A program made the position numbers and the translations under genes. Shown here piece by piece: positions 15,967 to 28,039 of a stretch of DNA of 64,000 bases. The stretch comes from Utricularia gibba (taxonomy: Eukaryota; Plantae; Magnoliophyta), in contig CM007991.1 of assembly GCA_002189035.1 (NCBI GenBank), positions 2,790,001 to 2,854,000 on the forward strand, given 5' to 3'. Position 1 is the first letter of the stretch. Every line of letters starts with the position of its first letter. The notes under the pieces were generated by a model, which worked only from the letters and a program-made list of their open reading frames with translations, was not told the DNA's origin and did not search any database.

Positions 15967-16718
15967 ATGAAAACCAGGATCAGAAGCAGTTTTCTGTCGC
16001 CAAGGAGCACACTTGAGAAACAAGTAAATTCCTGGTCTTGATTTTTATATAGTTCTCATTTGAGAGCATCAACTTTCTGGGATACGTTTTTTTTTTTCGG
16101 AAGTTGAATCAGTTTCTGCATTCGCTTTATTGTTTCTTCAAGACAAAGGTAGAAATGCAGAGTCCTGGGAAAGCAATGGCACAAGGGGAATTCATTTCAG
16201 AAAGAAGGGTAGCCTTGCAAACAGATGTACAATCTTCATCTCTTTGATTGTTTCTTAAACTCCTTTCACTATTTCAACAACGACTGTGTGCATTGCAATA
16301 GGTGAATGCACTGAAGAAGCGATTGAGGGACGAGAAGAGCATCCGGAGAGCCATGGAGACCGCATTTACGAGACCATTTGGAGATCTTCCTCGTCTCCCT
16401 CCTTTTCTACCACCATATGTTAACATCTGACTTGATCTCGAGTCACGAGTCTCATGCATGTCACTGATTCTTGAATGGAACTTGCAGACAACTGAACTTG
16501 TAGCTGAATTGGCTGTATTGGAAGAAGAAGTTCTTCGTCTGGAAGAACAAGTGGTGCATCTCAGACGAGTACTGTATCAGGAAGCTTTGTACATTTCATC
16601 ATTTAAGAAGGACATGGACCATTCAGCTGATGATTTAGGGAGGGACCCTGCGCAGATCAGAGATCCATGGAGCTCTAAATTTCCATGCAAATCGAATGCA
16701 TGTAAAATTGTAAACTAA
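15967..16718 (+). CDS. MIP1-type leucine-zipper protein (DUF547 family N-terminus only), about 162 aa, exons 15967-16023, 16143-16226, 16302-16418, 16488-16718
   Basis: Spliced product MKTRIRSS...TKVEMQ...ERRVALQTD|[39 protein letters not shown]|[38 protein letters not shown]. All three introns are GT-AG, phase 0. It stops before any DUF547 domain. Confidence 0.8.
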
Positions 16719-16842
16719 TGCTTGCGAAATATTCTCATCTATAAGCAATAACATAAAACTTCTTTGGGTACAGACTCACCAGTACATTCATGCATCAGGG
16801 GGGTTGGTTACTAGTTATACGTAGGATGTTATAGGTAACATT

Positions 16843-18337
16843 TCATGCGCTAGCCAAAGGATTGAGCACTTGGCCTAAAAAGAGTACTACACCAGTCTTA
16901 TCCTCTCGAATGGCGAAGAGGAAAGGATGATCAGCAATGAAGTCAAACTTCTCATCTATAAACACCGATCGAGTTACGATAACAGCAGCTGAAACAGCTG
17001 CAGCTTCTGTGCCTTCCTCATTTACCTCAATGAAGGATTTGTGAAAAACTTTTGAGACATAGAGCAGTTGGCCGTCGGGGGAGTCTGTTATCTTAGAGAG
17101 ATCAGCTTCATTTGAAAAAGGAAGCAGCAACCCTTGCTTCTTCAGAACTTCAGAAGCCTCAAAACCAAAAGAGATATTGAACTTGGGGATGCGAAATTCC
17201 CCAAGTGACACTGCACGGTAAGGGATGTGATGCTCGATGAACCCTGATTCAGAACTCATTTTCTCTACAAGAGAAGGAAGCCCATCCTTAGCATCGGGAA
17301 GAAAGAAGTACATCATAAATTTACGGTTATCCTGTCCTGCTTGGTAAGGCAGCCCAAGAACTTTGAAACCATCAAAGTTACTAGCATATTGCTTCCCTTG
17401 CTTGTCATGAAGGGCACTTGAATGGAGCTCCCGTTCAGGAGGTAAAACTCATTAGGTTTTGTTAATGCGGGATCAAATTTCTGAGCCCAGGCTCCTTTGA
17501 AATATACTGCGTTTGCCAAAATGAGCCTAGTATCAGCATTCACAGAACCAGGTGGAAGTATGTCTTTGATGAGACCATTTGTTTCCTTCTCAGCCCACGA
17601 ATTCACTGTCTGCAGTACCTCAACAGCCTTCACAAACCATGAAAAGAAACACAATCAAACCACTAGAATTGATCATCCAGAAAGAAGCAAGAAAAGTTAA
17701 TTTAAAATCAAAATCAAAGAAAGGGGACAGTGCTGTATTTCCCAAGTTTTCTTCTCCCCAGACATCCCATTTCAACTTCACCAACAGAACCTAACCACCC
17801 ACCTAGGAAAGGTGAATCTTATCAATTTTTAGTCACTCAAAACCACCTATCAAGATCAGCACAAGTCAAAATCGGATCTGCGGAACTGTACTAAGTCGAA
17901 CCCAACGAAAATATCACAACCACAAAACTATATAAATAGAACAGGACCTTGCTCCGGAAGTCAACGTTACTAGCAACAGCCCTGTAACTACTCTCCAATA
18001 CATGCTTGAAATTCGGATTCAAAATCATGCTCTGATCGACCCAAGCGCCGTTGGCCAATGACAATATGGGCCCACCCACCGGCCCGCCATCGGCGAGAAT
18101 CAAGTTGACAAGCTGCGACGACAGCGACTGCAGTTCTTCGGCGGAAGACGATTTGAGGTATCCGAGAATCTGGTCCTGGGTCGAACCCTTCGACCCGGCC
18201 GCGACCATCGCCAGAACCACGTGGATCGACAGCGGCGAGAATACGAGGTTGCTGTGTTTGGCTTCCGCCGAGATCAATTGCTTCACCAAGGATAAAGCAG
18301 TATCGGATTGCTGCTGAATATGGCCCCGGACATCCAT
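16843..18337 (-). CDS. Serpin (serpin-ZX-like), 2 exons (18337-17948, 17627-16843), apparent -1 frameshift at 17395-17397
   Basis: [13 protein letters not shown]; [18 protein letters not shown]; [11 protein letters not shown]; hinge/[24 protein letters not shown]; [13 protein letters not shown]. One extra base restores [23 protein letters not shown]. Confidence 0.92.
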
Positions 18338-18533
18338 CTCAGAGTTGCTCCGCTGCGGACGGCGTTCCAGAGTAAAGTGCTCAATGTTTAACGACGAAGG
18401 CTCAAAAAGTCCGCCGCTTGATTTATTGATTTTCGGTAAAATCCGAAAATTCAAAAAAAAAAAAAAAAAAAAAACTAACTAATAACACCGAATTATCTGG
18501 ATTAAGATCAACGGTTCACATCGGTTAAAGGTC

Positions 18534-20656
18534 TCAAATCCTACGGTTGATAGCAGCCCGCAGAGGATGCAGCTTATGAGTCGTAAGACCCAGCGTATCC
18601 ACGTTCTCTTCTTCTCCCTCCATCAGCCTCCACTGGAACTCTTGCACGAGCCTCCCGATCGCCGTGCACGAGATCAGCATCGCCTGCAGCGCTCCGGCAC
18701 AAACCCGTTTCCCTGCACCGAAGGACATCGTCTTGTGAAGCTCCGCCGTGTCGCCCGCACCGGCGAGGAACCTCTCCGGCCTCCACTCCTCGGGGCTATC
18801 ATACAGGTTCTTATCCATGTTGCATCCATAGATATTGATGGCAATCTGCGGAAGCAAAAGAATGACACATGAATGTGCATGATTGAGGAGTATTGAAGAC
18901 TGTTGAAGTGGTGACCTCTGTGCCTTGTGGAATGAAAAATCCTCCCAACTCTGTGTCCTCGTTCACGTATCGAAGTGGGAGAATCGGAGCTGGACTGTGT
19001 AGTCTTAATGTCTCATGGAAGACTGCAGCCAAGTATGGTAGTTGACAGAGGTTCTCCTCGGTGAGCTTGTTGGATCCACAGACCTTCTGAATCTCCAAAA
19101 ACAAAGTGCTCTGCTTCCAAGGAGATGAAATCAATTCAGAATGGGGTGAAAAGATTACACCTGGATATGTAAAATGCTGATGGATCACCTGTATCTGTGG
19201 ATTCTTGGAAAGCTCATACATGGTCCATTCTGTGACCACAAGTGTAGTATCAGAAGATTCTATAATGACTTCCCAAACGAGCATCATCAATTGTTGTTCA
19301 GACAAAACGCATTCAGCTTCAGACAGCAGATAGTCAAGATAGCATCTCACTTCCTGCCATTGAGTTCAAATTTCCCAGTAAATCAAATTGTTGGGCATCT
19401 GCAACTCTACAGAGATGAAGCTCATACCACCCAGAGGCAATCCGCTGCATTTGCCGTTCAATGAGAGCTTTCATTACAGCCCTTCGATTCTCGTACATCT
19501 TCTGAATCTTTTCTTCAAACCCCTTGTTAGGAACCCATCTCAAGTAGGGAAAGAAATCCCTCCAGTCCACTTCGATTGCACCTCGCATTGGATCAACAAC
19601 AAGCGTCTTGAAGATCTCGTCTCTAGAGAAAGTTCTGCTGAGTTCCTCAACGTATATGGCCTGCACATCTTCTCCTATAGCCTGCACGAGATGTGAAAAA
19701 CATAAACGCAGCCGAAACATGAGCAGCGTAGCAAAAGATTGAAACACCAACTTCTTTCATTGATAATCCAAACAGCTGAGACTGAAAGATGTCCCTAAAG
19801 TTAACACCCTCTGAGGACTGCTGCATCTTTGTATGAGCTAGAAATTGCTCACAAATATTGTCGATCATTGCATCTCGATGAACACGGTTTCGTTTCTGCA
19901 GTAAGAAAACTACGTAAGTATCTACCCTATCCTCCATTACAGCAGATGAAGAAGCAGCAGATTCCAAACTTGCAACCTGAGCACTTGGTCCTAGAGTACT
20001 TGTGAGTAAATTTCGTTTTGCAGACTTGTAAAATTCATCGTAATCGCTCATAGCAACCATACTTTTATCAGCAGTGAGGATCTTGAGAGCATTTGAAAGC
20101 TTCCTTGTGGATATAGATGAGTATTTAGCAACCATAGCCTGAATTACCAAAAAACTCAGTTGCAGAGAAATCATATTACAGATTATCCAATGCAATTTTG
20201 GATCTTTTACCTCCTTTGCTACATCAGCACTGTTGAGCACAACCATTGTATTTGCACCAGCTTTGATGGAATAGACAGGGCCATATTTCTCAGCCCATTT
20301 GGTGAAAGTCTTAAAAGGTTTCTTCTCTTTCAGTTGCAACAAATTCCCAAGAACTGGTAAGCCCGGAACACCTGCGTTTAGTCATGATGACTAACGAAAG
20401 TCAGCATCTTTTTTTCAAGAAAACCTCATACACTACACCACAGATTCGAATCCCAAATGAAAGAGCGATTGACTTCTAAATTCTCTAAACAAATATGAAA
20501 AGGAAGGGGTATGTAACTAGGTGGAAGAAGGAATCCGGGAGTTCTCTTCCTGCGGTAGTTGAAGAATACAAAGACGAGAAGCCCAGCAAGAGAAACCGCA
20601 GGAGTGAAGAATCCGACGAAGGGAGGAGGCCGTTGAAGATTCAGAAACGCAGTCAT
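18534..20656 (-). CDS. KO: ent-kaurene oxidase, cytochrome P450 CYP701A
   Basis: [31 protein letters not shown]; [12 protein letters not shown]; [16 protein letters not shown]; IIESSDTT; ETLR; WRPERF; heme motif [10 protein letters not shown]. Confidence 0.95.
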
Positions 20657-21183
20657 GTCGGCGATACTACTCTGGTGTAGCAGACAACACACTTTAACGA
20701 AACAAAAGCACAGAGGAGGGGCGGTGACACGTGGTTTTGTTTGCTTTTCGTTGTAGTTATCCTGCAATGGAATACTTCTGTTCTGTTCATGGTGCCAGTT
20801 GACTGTCACCCACTTCCACCGGTGACCCCAAATGCCGACAAGAAAGACATGGATGGGACGTGGGTGGGTGCTTCCTTCACTCCAATCCACCGAGATCTCG
20901 GGTATTTTTGAAATACGTACATCGCACCTCTTTCTCTCTCACATTTAAATTCATTTTTTTTTTTTTGCCACTTTTATCATACAATGAGATGATGACAGTG
21001 GCCAATTTTCTAAATCATTCCCGAGATCTCAAATATCGACGAAACAAAATGAAAATACCATCTTTTTTGTGGCCACAACATCATGCATCTACCTACTCAA
21101 ACTCAAACTCAATCTCAATCCTTGTTTAATTGTGTTGTGGTCGAAAATCGATCTTAGGGCAAGAATCTATTTTCGGGTTGTGG

Positions 21184-21309
21184 ACAGGAAATGAATGGGA
21201 CGACCGAAGGGTTGGATGAAGAAAGGATTTTTTGGTTCGACGCATGGAATTGGCTAAGCATTTTCTCCGAACAAATATAGAACCAGAATGGATGGTTTTA
21301 TGTCTATTA
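21184..21309 (+). pseudogene. rpoC1: Nuclear plastid DNA insertion (NUPT): rpoC1 fragment
   Basis: Translates [41 protein letters not shown]. This matches recalled plastid RpoC1 (..[37 protein letters not shown]), carries an in-frame stop, and breaks off abruptly. Confidence 0.85.
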
Positions 21310-22016
21310 GATTCAGGTGTTATGTGTGATGTGATGCGGTCAACACAAATAAAGGAAGACATAGGTTTTTACATAAAAACCATCAAAAAACGGAAAAACT
21401 ACAGAACTGTCAGAATTTGCCGAAGAATGGTTTTCACTAAACGAGAATGAAGAAAAGATACAAGTTAGATAGATTGGAGTTCAACTTTTTCTTTTTCAGT
21501 ATTTCTTATATTTATAGGGCAGAATGATATAGCCGAATTCTGAATACTATAGATGTCGACTGTTTTCTATACTTGTTATATGTATTGCGGTCATACTTTA
21601 AGATAATTATTTGATTACTTTTTAGATTGTTCAAAATTGCCGTTATTGACAACTCTAACAATCATTTTCAGTAGTCGATTTCCTCAATTCGATTTATACC
21701 CTATCAAATTGTTTCTGGTTTTCATTTTTTTTTTTGAAATATTACATTTTTGAAATATTTGTTTGAAAATGATCATAATTCATTAAGACATATGTAGATA
21801 TATATTATATTCGAATTTATTTAAAAAAGAAAGAAAGAATTTTTTGAGCAGTAAAAAAGAAAAATATATAAATTTAATGTATTATTCTAACAAATATTGA
21901 AATAAATTGATTTTTAAAATTTGGTTTTCTGAGTCGAAGAACAAGAGCCGGGAAGGGTTTAAGAAAAAGTGGAGCGGTTGACGGAAAGCCTCTGAAAAAT
22001 CCTGCGGAAAATCAAA

Positions 22017-23519
22017 ATGGAGTTCTCAGCCGCACCTCGTACCAGCCTTCCTCTTCCAAGTTATCCTCTACCGACGCAATTGTCAACTCAACGTCTCTGC
22101 ATTGTAAGTGTGGGTTCTGCGATTTCATTCTCCTCACGGTTGTTTCTATAGCTGACGTAAAACCCACTATTCGATTTCCTCGAGGTTGGCAAAAATGACG
22201 GAGCACAAGCCCGATTTCTTAGGAAGGTGTCGGGTATCCAAATTGGGTCAGAATGTAACATACCCCTCTCTGTTTTTCATTCTTTTGATTATTTATCATG
22301 CTGTGAGTATAGGAAGACTGGGCTTTGATTTTCCTGTCAGCGTGCTCAAGGAGTCGAGTGATCATGCTTGCTGGAGGATTGAATTCATCAGATAAAATAC
22401 AACGTGGGTTGGATGAGAGACGGGGAGGATCAGAACCATTTCGTGGGAAGTCTGGCTCGGTTTCATTTGGTGGGTTGACCCATCAATCAGTTGAAGAGAG
22501 TAAGCTTGTATCTGCGCCATTTAAGGAAGAGAATGGCTCCTTACTCTGGGTCTTGGCTCCTGCTACGTTTATTTCCTCCTTTGTTCTTCATTTCATGGTA
22601 GTAGATGCTATCGAAGATGTTTTCAAGAATAAAGTATTTGCAGGTATCCTTCACCTTCCGCTTATCCTGCATCCACAAGTGCCTAATCTGTAACATAGTC
22701 TTGTATCATGAAAGTTTTTTTTTTTTTTTAGTGTCTTTGAACTTTAACCCAACTCTTTCTCATAACCCCATCAAAGAAAAAATTGTATACTGTGTTGTGC
22801 GTTTTTCAGCATTTTGTTGATGATCAGCCACATCAATGTAGCAATTTGTGACACTTATGTTGGTGCAGAGATTCTGTCTTCCTTGTCAACTGAGGTGCTC
22901 TTTTATGCTGGACTTGGTGTGTTTCTATTCATCACCAATCGTGTCCAGAAGCCTTATCTCCAGTTTAGCTCAAAGAGATGGAGTCTGATCACGGGGCTGA
23001 GGGGATACCTTGCATCTTCCTTTTTCGTGATGGGTTTCAAAGTTCTCGCGCCACTCGTGGTCGCATATGTTACATGGCCTGAGCTTGGTTCAACTGCTAT
23101 AGTTTCTGTAGCTCCTTTTCTGTCTGGTTGCTTGGTTCAGTTCCTGATCGAGAGACTTCTTGATCGAAACGGATCGTCTTGCTGGCCTGTTTTGCCGATC
23201 ATATTCGAGGCAAGACTTCATGTTATACATTTCAGATGTGTTGAATGGCTAGATGGATGATCAGTCATTGTTTCCTCAGGTTTACAGGACGTATCAATTG
23301 TCAAGAGCCACAAACTTCGTGGAAAGGCTGATGCTTGCAATGGAAGGAGCCTCGTCTGGGTCTGCAGCCGTGTCTCCGCCGGCTGCCGTCGCTAGCCGGG
23401 CCGGAGCATTGCTGTCGTTGGTAGCTACCTTCCGCGTCCTGGTTCTGTTTTGTCTCTGGTCCTTGCTCATGTTTCTACTGCGGCTTTTCCCTTCTAGACC
23501 AGTTGTGGAGAATTACTGA
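22017..23519 (+). CDS. Uncharacterised plant multi-pass membrane protein with transit-peptide-like N-terminus (recalled as similar to Arabidopsis At1g48460)
   Basis: Exon 1 MEFSAAPRTSLPLPSYPL; FRGKSGSVSFGGLTHQSVEESKLVSAPF; RVQKPYLQFSSKRWSLITGLRGYL; SSCWPVLPIIFE|VYRTYQL; ends RLFPSRPVVENY*. Confidence 0.8.
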
Positions 23520-23805
23520 TGTACACGTCTTGCCCCCAATACCTCAGAGCTTGTTCTGGTTGGTTGGAATTTTTGAAATGTGATTTAGCTACGGTGATTT
23601 ACTTTCAAAACAGTGGCTGGAGGTTTTGTTACTGGCCCCTGCAGTAAATACAAGCAACTGAAAGCTATCGAGCTTCTGCATTTGATTCAGAGGAACAGTA
23701 GTATGATAAACAAGTTGCATGCAGATGAGAATTCCAAAAATTCAGCAGGCATTTTGTTGAATGAATCAATGGAATACTGAGGGCGTATGGAAAATGGATG
23801 GTCTC

Positions 23806-26800
23806 CTACATGGAGGCCAATAGATCGCTCAGCTCTGAGACGCTTGGAATGGTCTCTGCTGGATATACTTTGGCTACTAACTGTGCAAAGCTGTCGTACT
23901 TGTCGAGGAACTCCTTCTGCACAAGACCAAAGGGGAATCAAGTGTGGATGAAGTTCATCAGATGGACGACAGGGAACCAATACCTTGCACTTGTCCCAGA
24001 GTGAGGGCAGTAGTTCCTCTGATGTCAGATTCTTCTGTATCTTCTTGTACATGGCACTGATGGACTTGTCGACACCTGATAAGCTTGATTTTACAACCTT
24101 GCGCAGATCCGCCTTCGACAATCCGATCTGGTATGGTACCTGCAATTTTCGTCAAAGAACACGCAACACCAACAGCGCTCAGCCCCTTGTAATTTTTTAG
24201 GACAATCTAGAAGTTCACATTCTACAGCTGATGACAGACAAGAGTGCCGCTTCTCAGAGAAACATAACACAAGAGAGTCAACCAACACGGCACAGGGAAC
24301 AGCTTATTAAGGCAGCGGTTTCCATCCAACAAGACAAATATGTCGTTACTGCTTTATTTGTTAACCTTATATCTTGAATAGTGTATTATAATCTCTGCAT
24401 TCGACCACCACAGGGAACAGCTTATGAGAGAAAAGTATGCTGTTACCAACTAACCTCTTCTGGGCCATGGTGAACAGCAAATCCTCTATTTTGCGAGCAA
24501 ACTGAAAAAGCCGTTCAAATTGCTGCAATCGAGAAGCCGATGTGAGTGCAACCATTTATTCTTATTTTCAAAATGAAAATGCAAATGACCCCTCCCCGAG
24601 TAGCGAGAGGGAGTGAGCTTTGGGATAAAAACAGCAAAATGTGAGCGATGAAGACAGCAAAAGTTGAATCCCAGGTTTGAGTGATGCAAAAGATTTTCGT
24701 ACGGCTAACACTCACATAGTATATGATGATGCTAATATAGCGTGTGCAGGCCTGCTCATAAGCTTCACTAGCTTGGTGATAGAATTTTGCTAACGTGGGT
24801 ACTACGTTGGCCAGCTCGTACAGGCTAAAGATTGAATCAGAATGTCAGAACAGAATACTGCGAAGAAAGACTACTCCAACGGCATATGGACAAGCAACAA
24901 ATTAAATGCATCTAACCTGTTCTGGAAAGCAGCATAATTTTCCAAGAGTAAAATATCAGCATATTTTATGTCCACTTGAGAAATCTTGTCCAATGTCACA
25001 AACATTATGCTCACCTGCCCAATTTGTTTCAGAACACAACAGATTTTCATCAGTATCCGTACGCTCGATTGCAGCTTTTTGAGAAATATTTGCAAATAAT
25101 CACATAACAATATGCTGATTGTGGCGTGTATCAGAGCCAGGTTTCGGAGGTTAACATTATGCTCACGCAGATGATGGAAAGCGTAAAGCGATACATCCTT
25201 TTCAGTCTGCGCAGGCAAATTTATAGCCAGGGAAAGTAGCATTGCAACCCATAAAATAGGACTCAATGACTATCACAAGCCAGCATCGAGAACATGACGC
25301 GATTTTTTTTTATTCAGCAAAAACAGTATTGGTTATCTAGCATCATTTACTTACAAACTTTGTGTATGCTTGATCAACCAAATCTCTGGACTGTCCCTGG
25401 ATGTACTGCTCCATGCGAGTAGCAAGAGTTGCAAATCTATGAGCATGATAGGCATGTTCAAACGCTTGACAGAGAAAAAACGGAACATTTGCAAATCTAT
25501 CAGCATTTAAAGGCATATGCATAAAGAAGGAAAGGAAGGAGGCATTTTGAAAAGACATGAAAATTCAAATGCAAATGATTTGAAAGCATATATTCCTTCA
25601 CATTAACAAAACGAAATAATGAGAGCTGCAGGAGCCAACGAGACACATCATCATAACGCCATAAAAATTCCAGAAAAAGTTTACCTGGGTATGTATGACA
25701 AGACCCCAACTTGCCGAACACTTCTATCATTTTTCTCAATTTGATGGCAAGCCTCTTCGACAAACTGAAATTAATGATTCAAGAGCTGATTAATACATGT
25801 AAACATACAGTTACATACAGCGTTAGTTCATAACGATGGTAATTCCATCTGACCGTATCTCTTTTCTTTTAACCAACACAAAAATCTGACCACATCTGTA
25901 TCTCCATGAATTGTGAATTTTAATTTTCAGTATATTAAATTTAAATATCTCCCTACCCAAACAGCATATGAAAAGAAAAGAGAAAAAGATTTGAATAGTC
26001 AATCTGTGAAAATCAAGAAAACTGTCCTAGAAAATTTCAATTCATACTGCTCTGTGAGGATGCAGAAATGTTTCCTTCTATAAAAAACAGGTAGAAAGCA
26101 ATATGCACTACTTCAAAATGAGATGATCATTTTATCTGCTTGGTTTGCAAATGATTCTATTTTCCCATAGTTTGAGACAGCAATTTGATACAACAGTGAG
26201 GGTTAACTTACACGACTGAACAACATAGAAATTCTGTTCTCTAGGTCATCAAGTAGCACTCGCACGAATCCTGCTGCATCAGCCTTTTGACTAGAAATGT
26301 AGCGATCAGTAATTCCATGCATTGATATGCAACGCAAAGGATCTGCTTTATAAGCCCATTCCACAACAGCATAAAAGTCTTCCTATAATCAACAAAGGGA
26401 AAAAAATGATATCGTGTACCTACTAGATACACCAATAAAAACCAAGGCAGACACAAGGATACTTCACATCCACACACCTGAATCCCATCAAGTAAATCAT
26501 GTAATGATTCATTTAATGCCTCAAGATCTTCTGTAGTTTTACCGGCATTGCTATTATTATGAATGTCCATGATACCCAGGCCATCATCATTATTAACATC
26601 TGGTTTGTTTTTACCACCCTCAGCAACACCTCCTGGCGGAACAAGAGCTGCAACTTCAAAGCACATAAAATGTGCAAAGAATGAACTCTGTTCATTCAAA
26701 TTTCAAAGTAAATAAACGTGTATTTTTTCATGAAAGCTGGCAAAGAAGAAAAAATGCCTTCAAGGAATAGGTCATGACCTCATCCACGAGGAGTGGAATG

Positions 26801-28008
26801 AATACAGTTAGCATTTTTCCATATGCCTCAGAGACAGCAGAAGTGTCTGCACCAAGTGCACTTTGATTATTCCCCGTAGAGCCATCAAGCCATATGGTAG
26901 GACACTTTGAAACTTTTGTACTAGCACGGAGTTCATTAGAAAACTCACGAGCCTGTAATGGAAATATTTAGCCATATTTTTTTAGTAACGACTTAATTTT
27001 CCTAGTGTTGTAATACCATCCATATTGGAAAAAAATGTCTAAAACTATGAACCGCAATACATTAAAATTTTTTAAACAAGCACTTTGAAATAAATCAGAA
27101 TAAAAAACTGAACCACATAATTTAGACTTCACAATCATGTGTCTTATACTTTTAAAATACGTTCTAAGCAGCGCAAAAAAAGTTGGCTAACACTAATTTC
27201 CTTAACCTAGATAGCTACATTTCACATTGTGTATTTAATGCCATGTACTGCGACCAAGGATAAGTGATTTAAGTCTTTTTTATTTACTATTGACATGCAT
27301 TTGCACTGGCTGATTAGGGTCGGCTACATTACAGCTGAAACCAAATTGATCAATTCCCTCACCTCTCGGCGAAGAAGCAAATTCAGAGAGCTGCAGTAAG
27401 CTCTCCTCAAAGGACCCAAGCAAGTTCTATCAAGACTCTGATAAAACAAATGGTGGGAAAATTATCTAACCAAAAACAGAGCATCGCTGGAAATATAAAT
27501 TAAATGTAGTACAGAAAGGTGGTCGTCTCACCTTCAAGTGTTGCAAGAGGCGAGCGTACGTTCTGCACTTGTATCGCAGATCAGCATGGTCAGGTCTCTT
27601 TAGATGTCCACGCTACAACATTCACATATTTAAATAATGTAGGAATCAACAACGAACATAAAGCATGTTTTTTCTGTCCATACTTGTGAGAAATAGCTCT
27701 TATCATTAATCATAAAATCCACCACGCTGGTAAAATAACTCTGCAAGAACTCTGAGGCTCTTCTGACAAAAGTGTTCTTCAACTTATCAAGTTCAGCACG
27801 CTTCTCTCTAACCTGTAACGCTAAAATATATTTAATAATAATTCACTACGTTCAATAGAGCACATATACAGCCTCGATCAGAAAAGGCTACTTCATACAT
27901 CAATTAGTGTTCAGATTCATTTTTCCGTGTCTAGCCATCAAAAAAATAATTCATTGACATGTCCCACAGTGAAAGTAAAATATGACGACATTAGATATGC
28001 TGCACTAC

Positions 28009-28039
<31 letters not shown>

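Noticed and set aside
28003-28037. CACTAC followed by A30, like a CACTA end or retro-tail
   Set aside because: No matching TAGTG terminus or TSD was seen. It is simply a T-rich stretch in a SEC3 intron.
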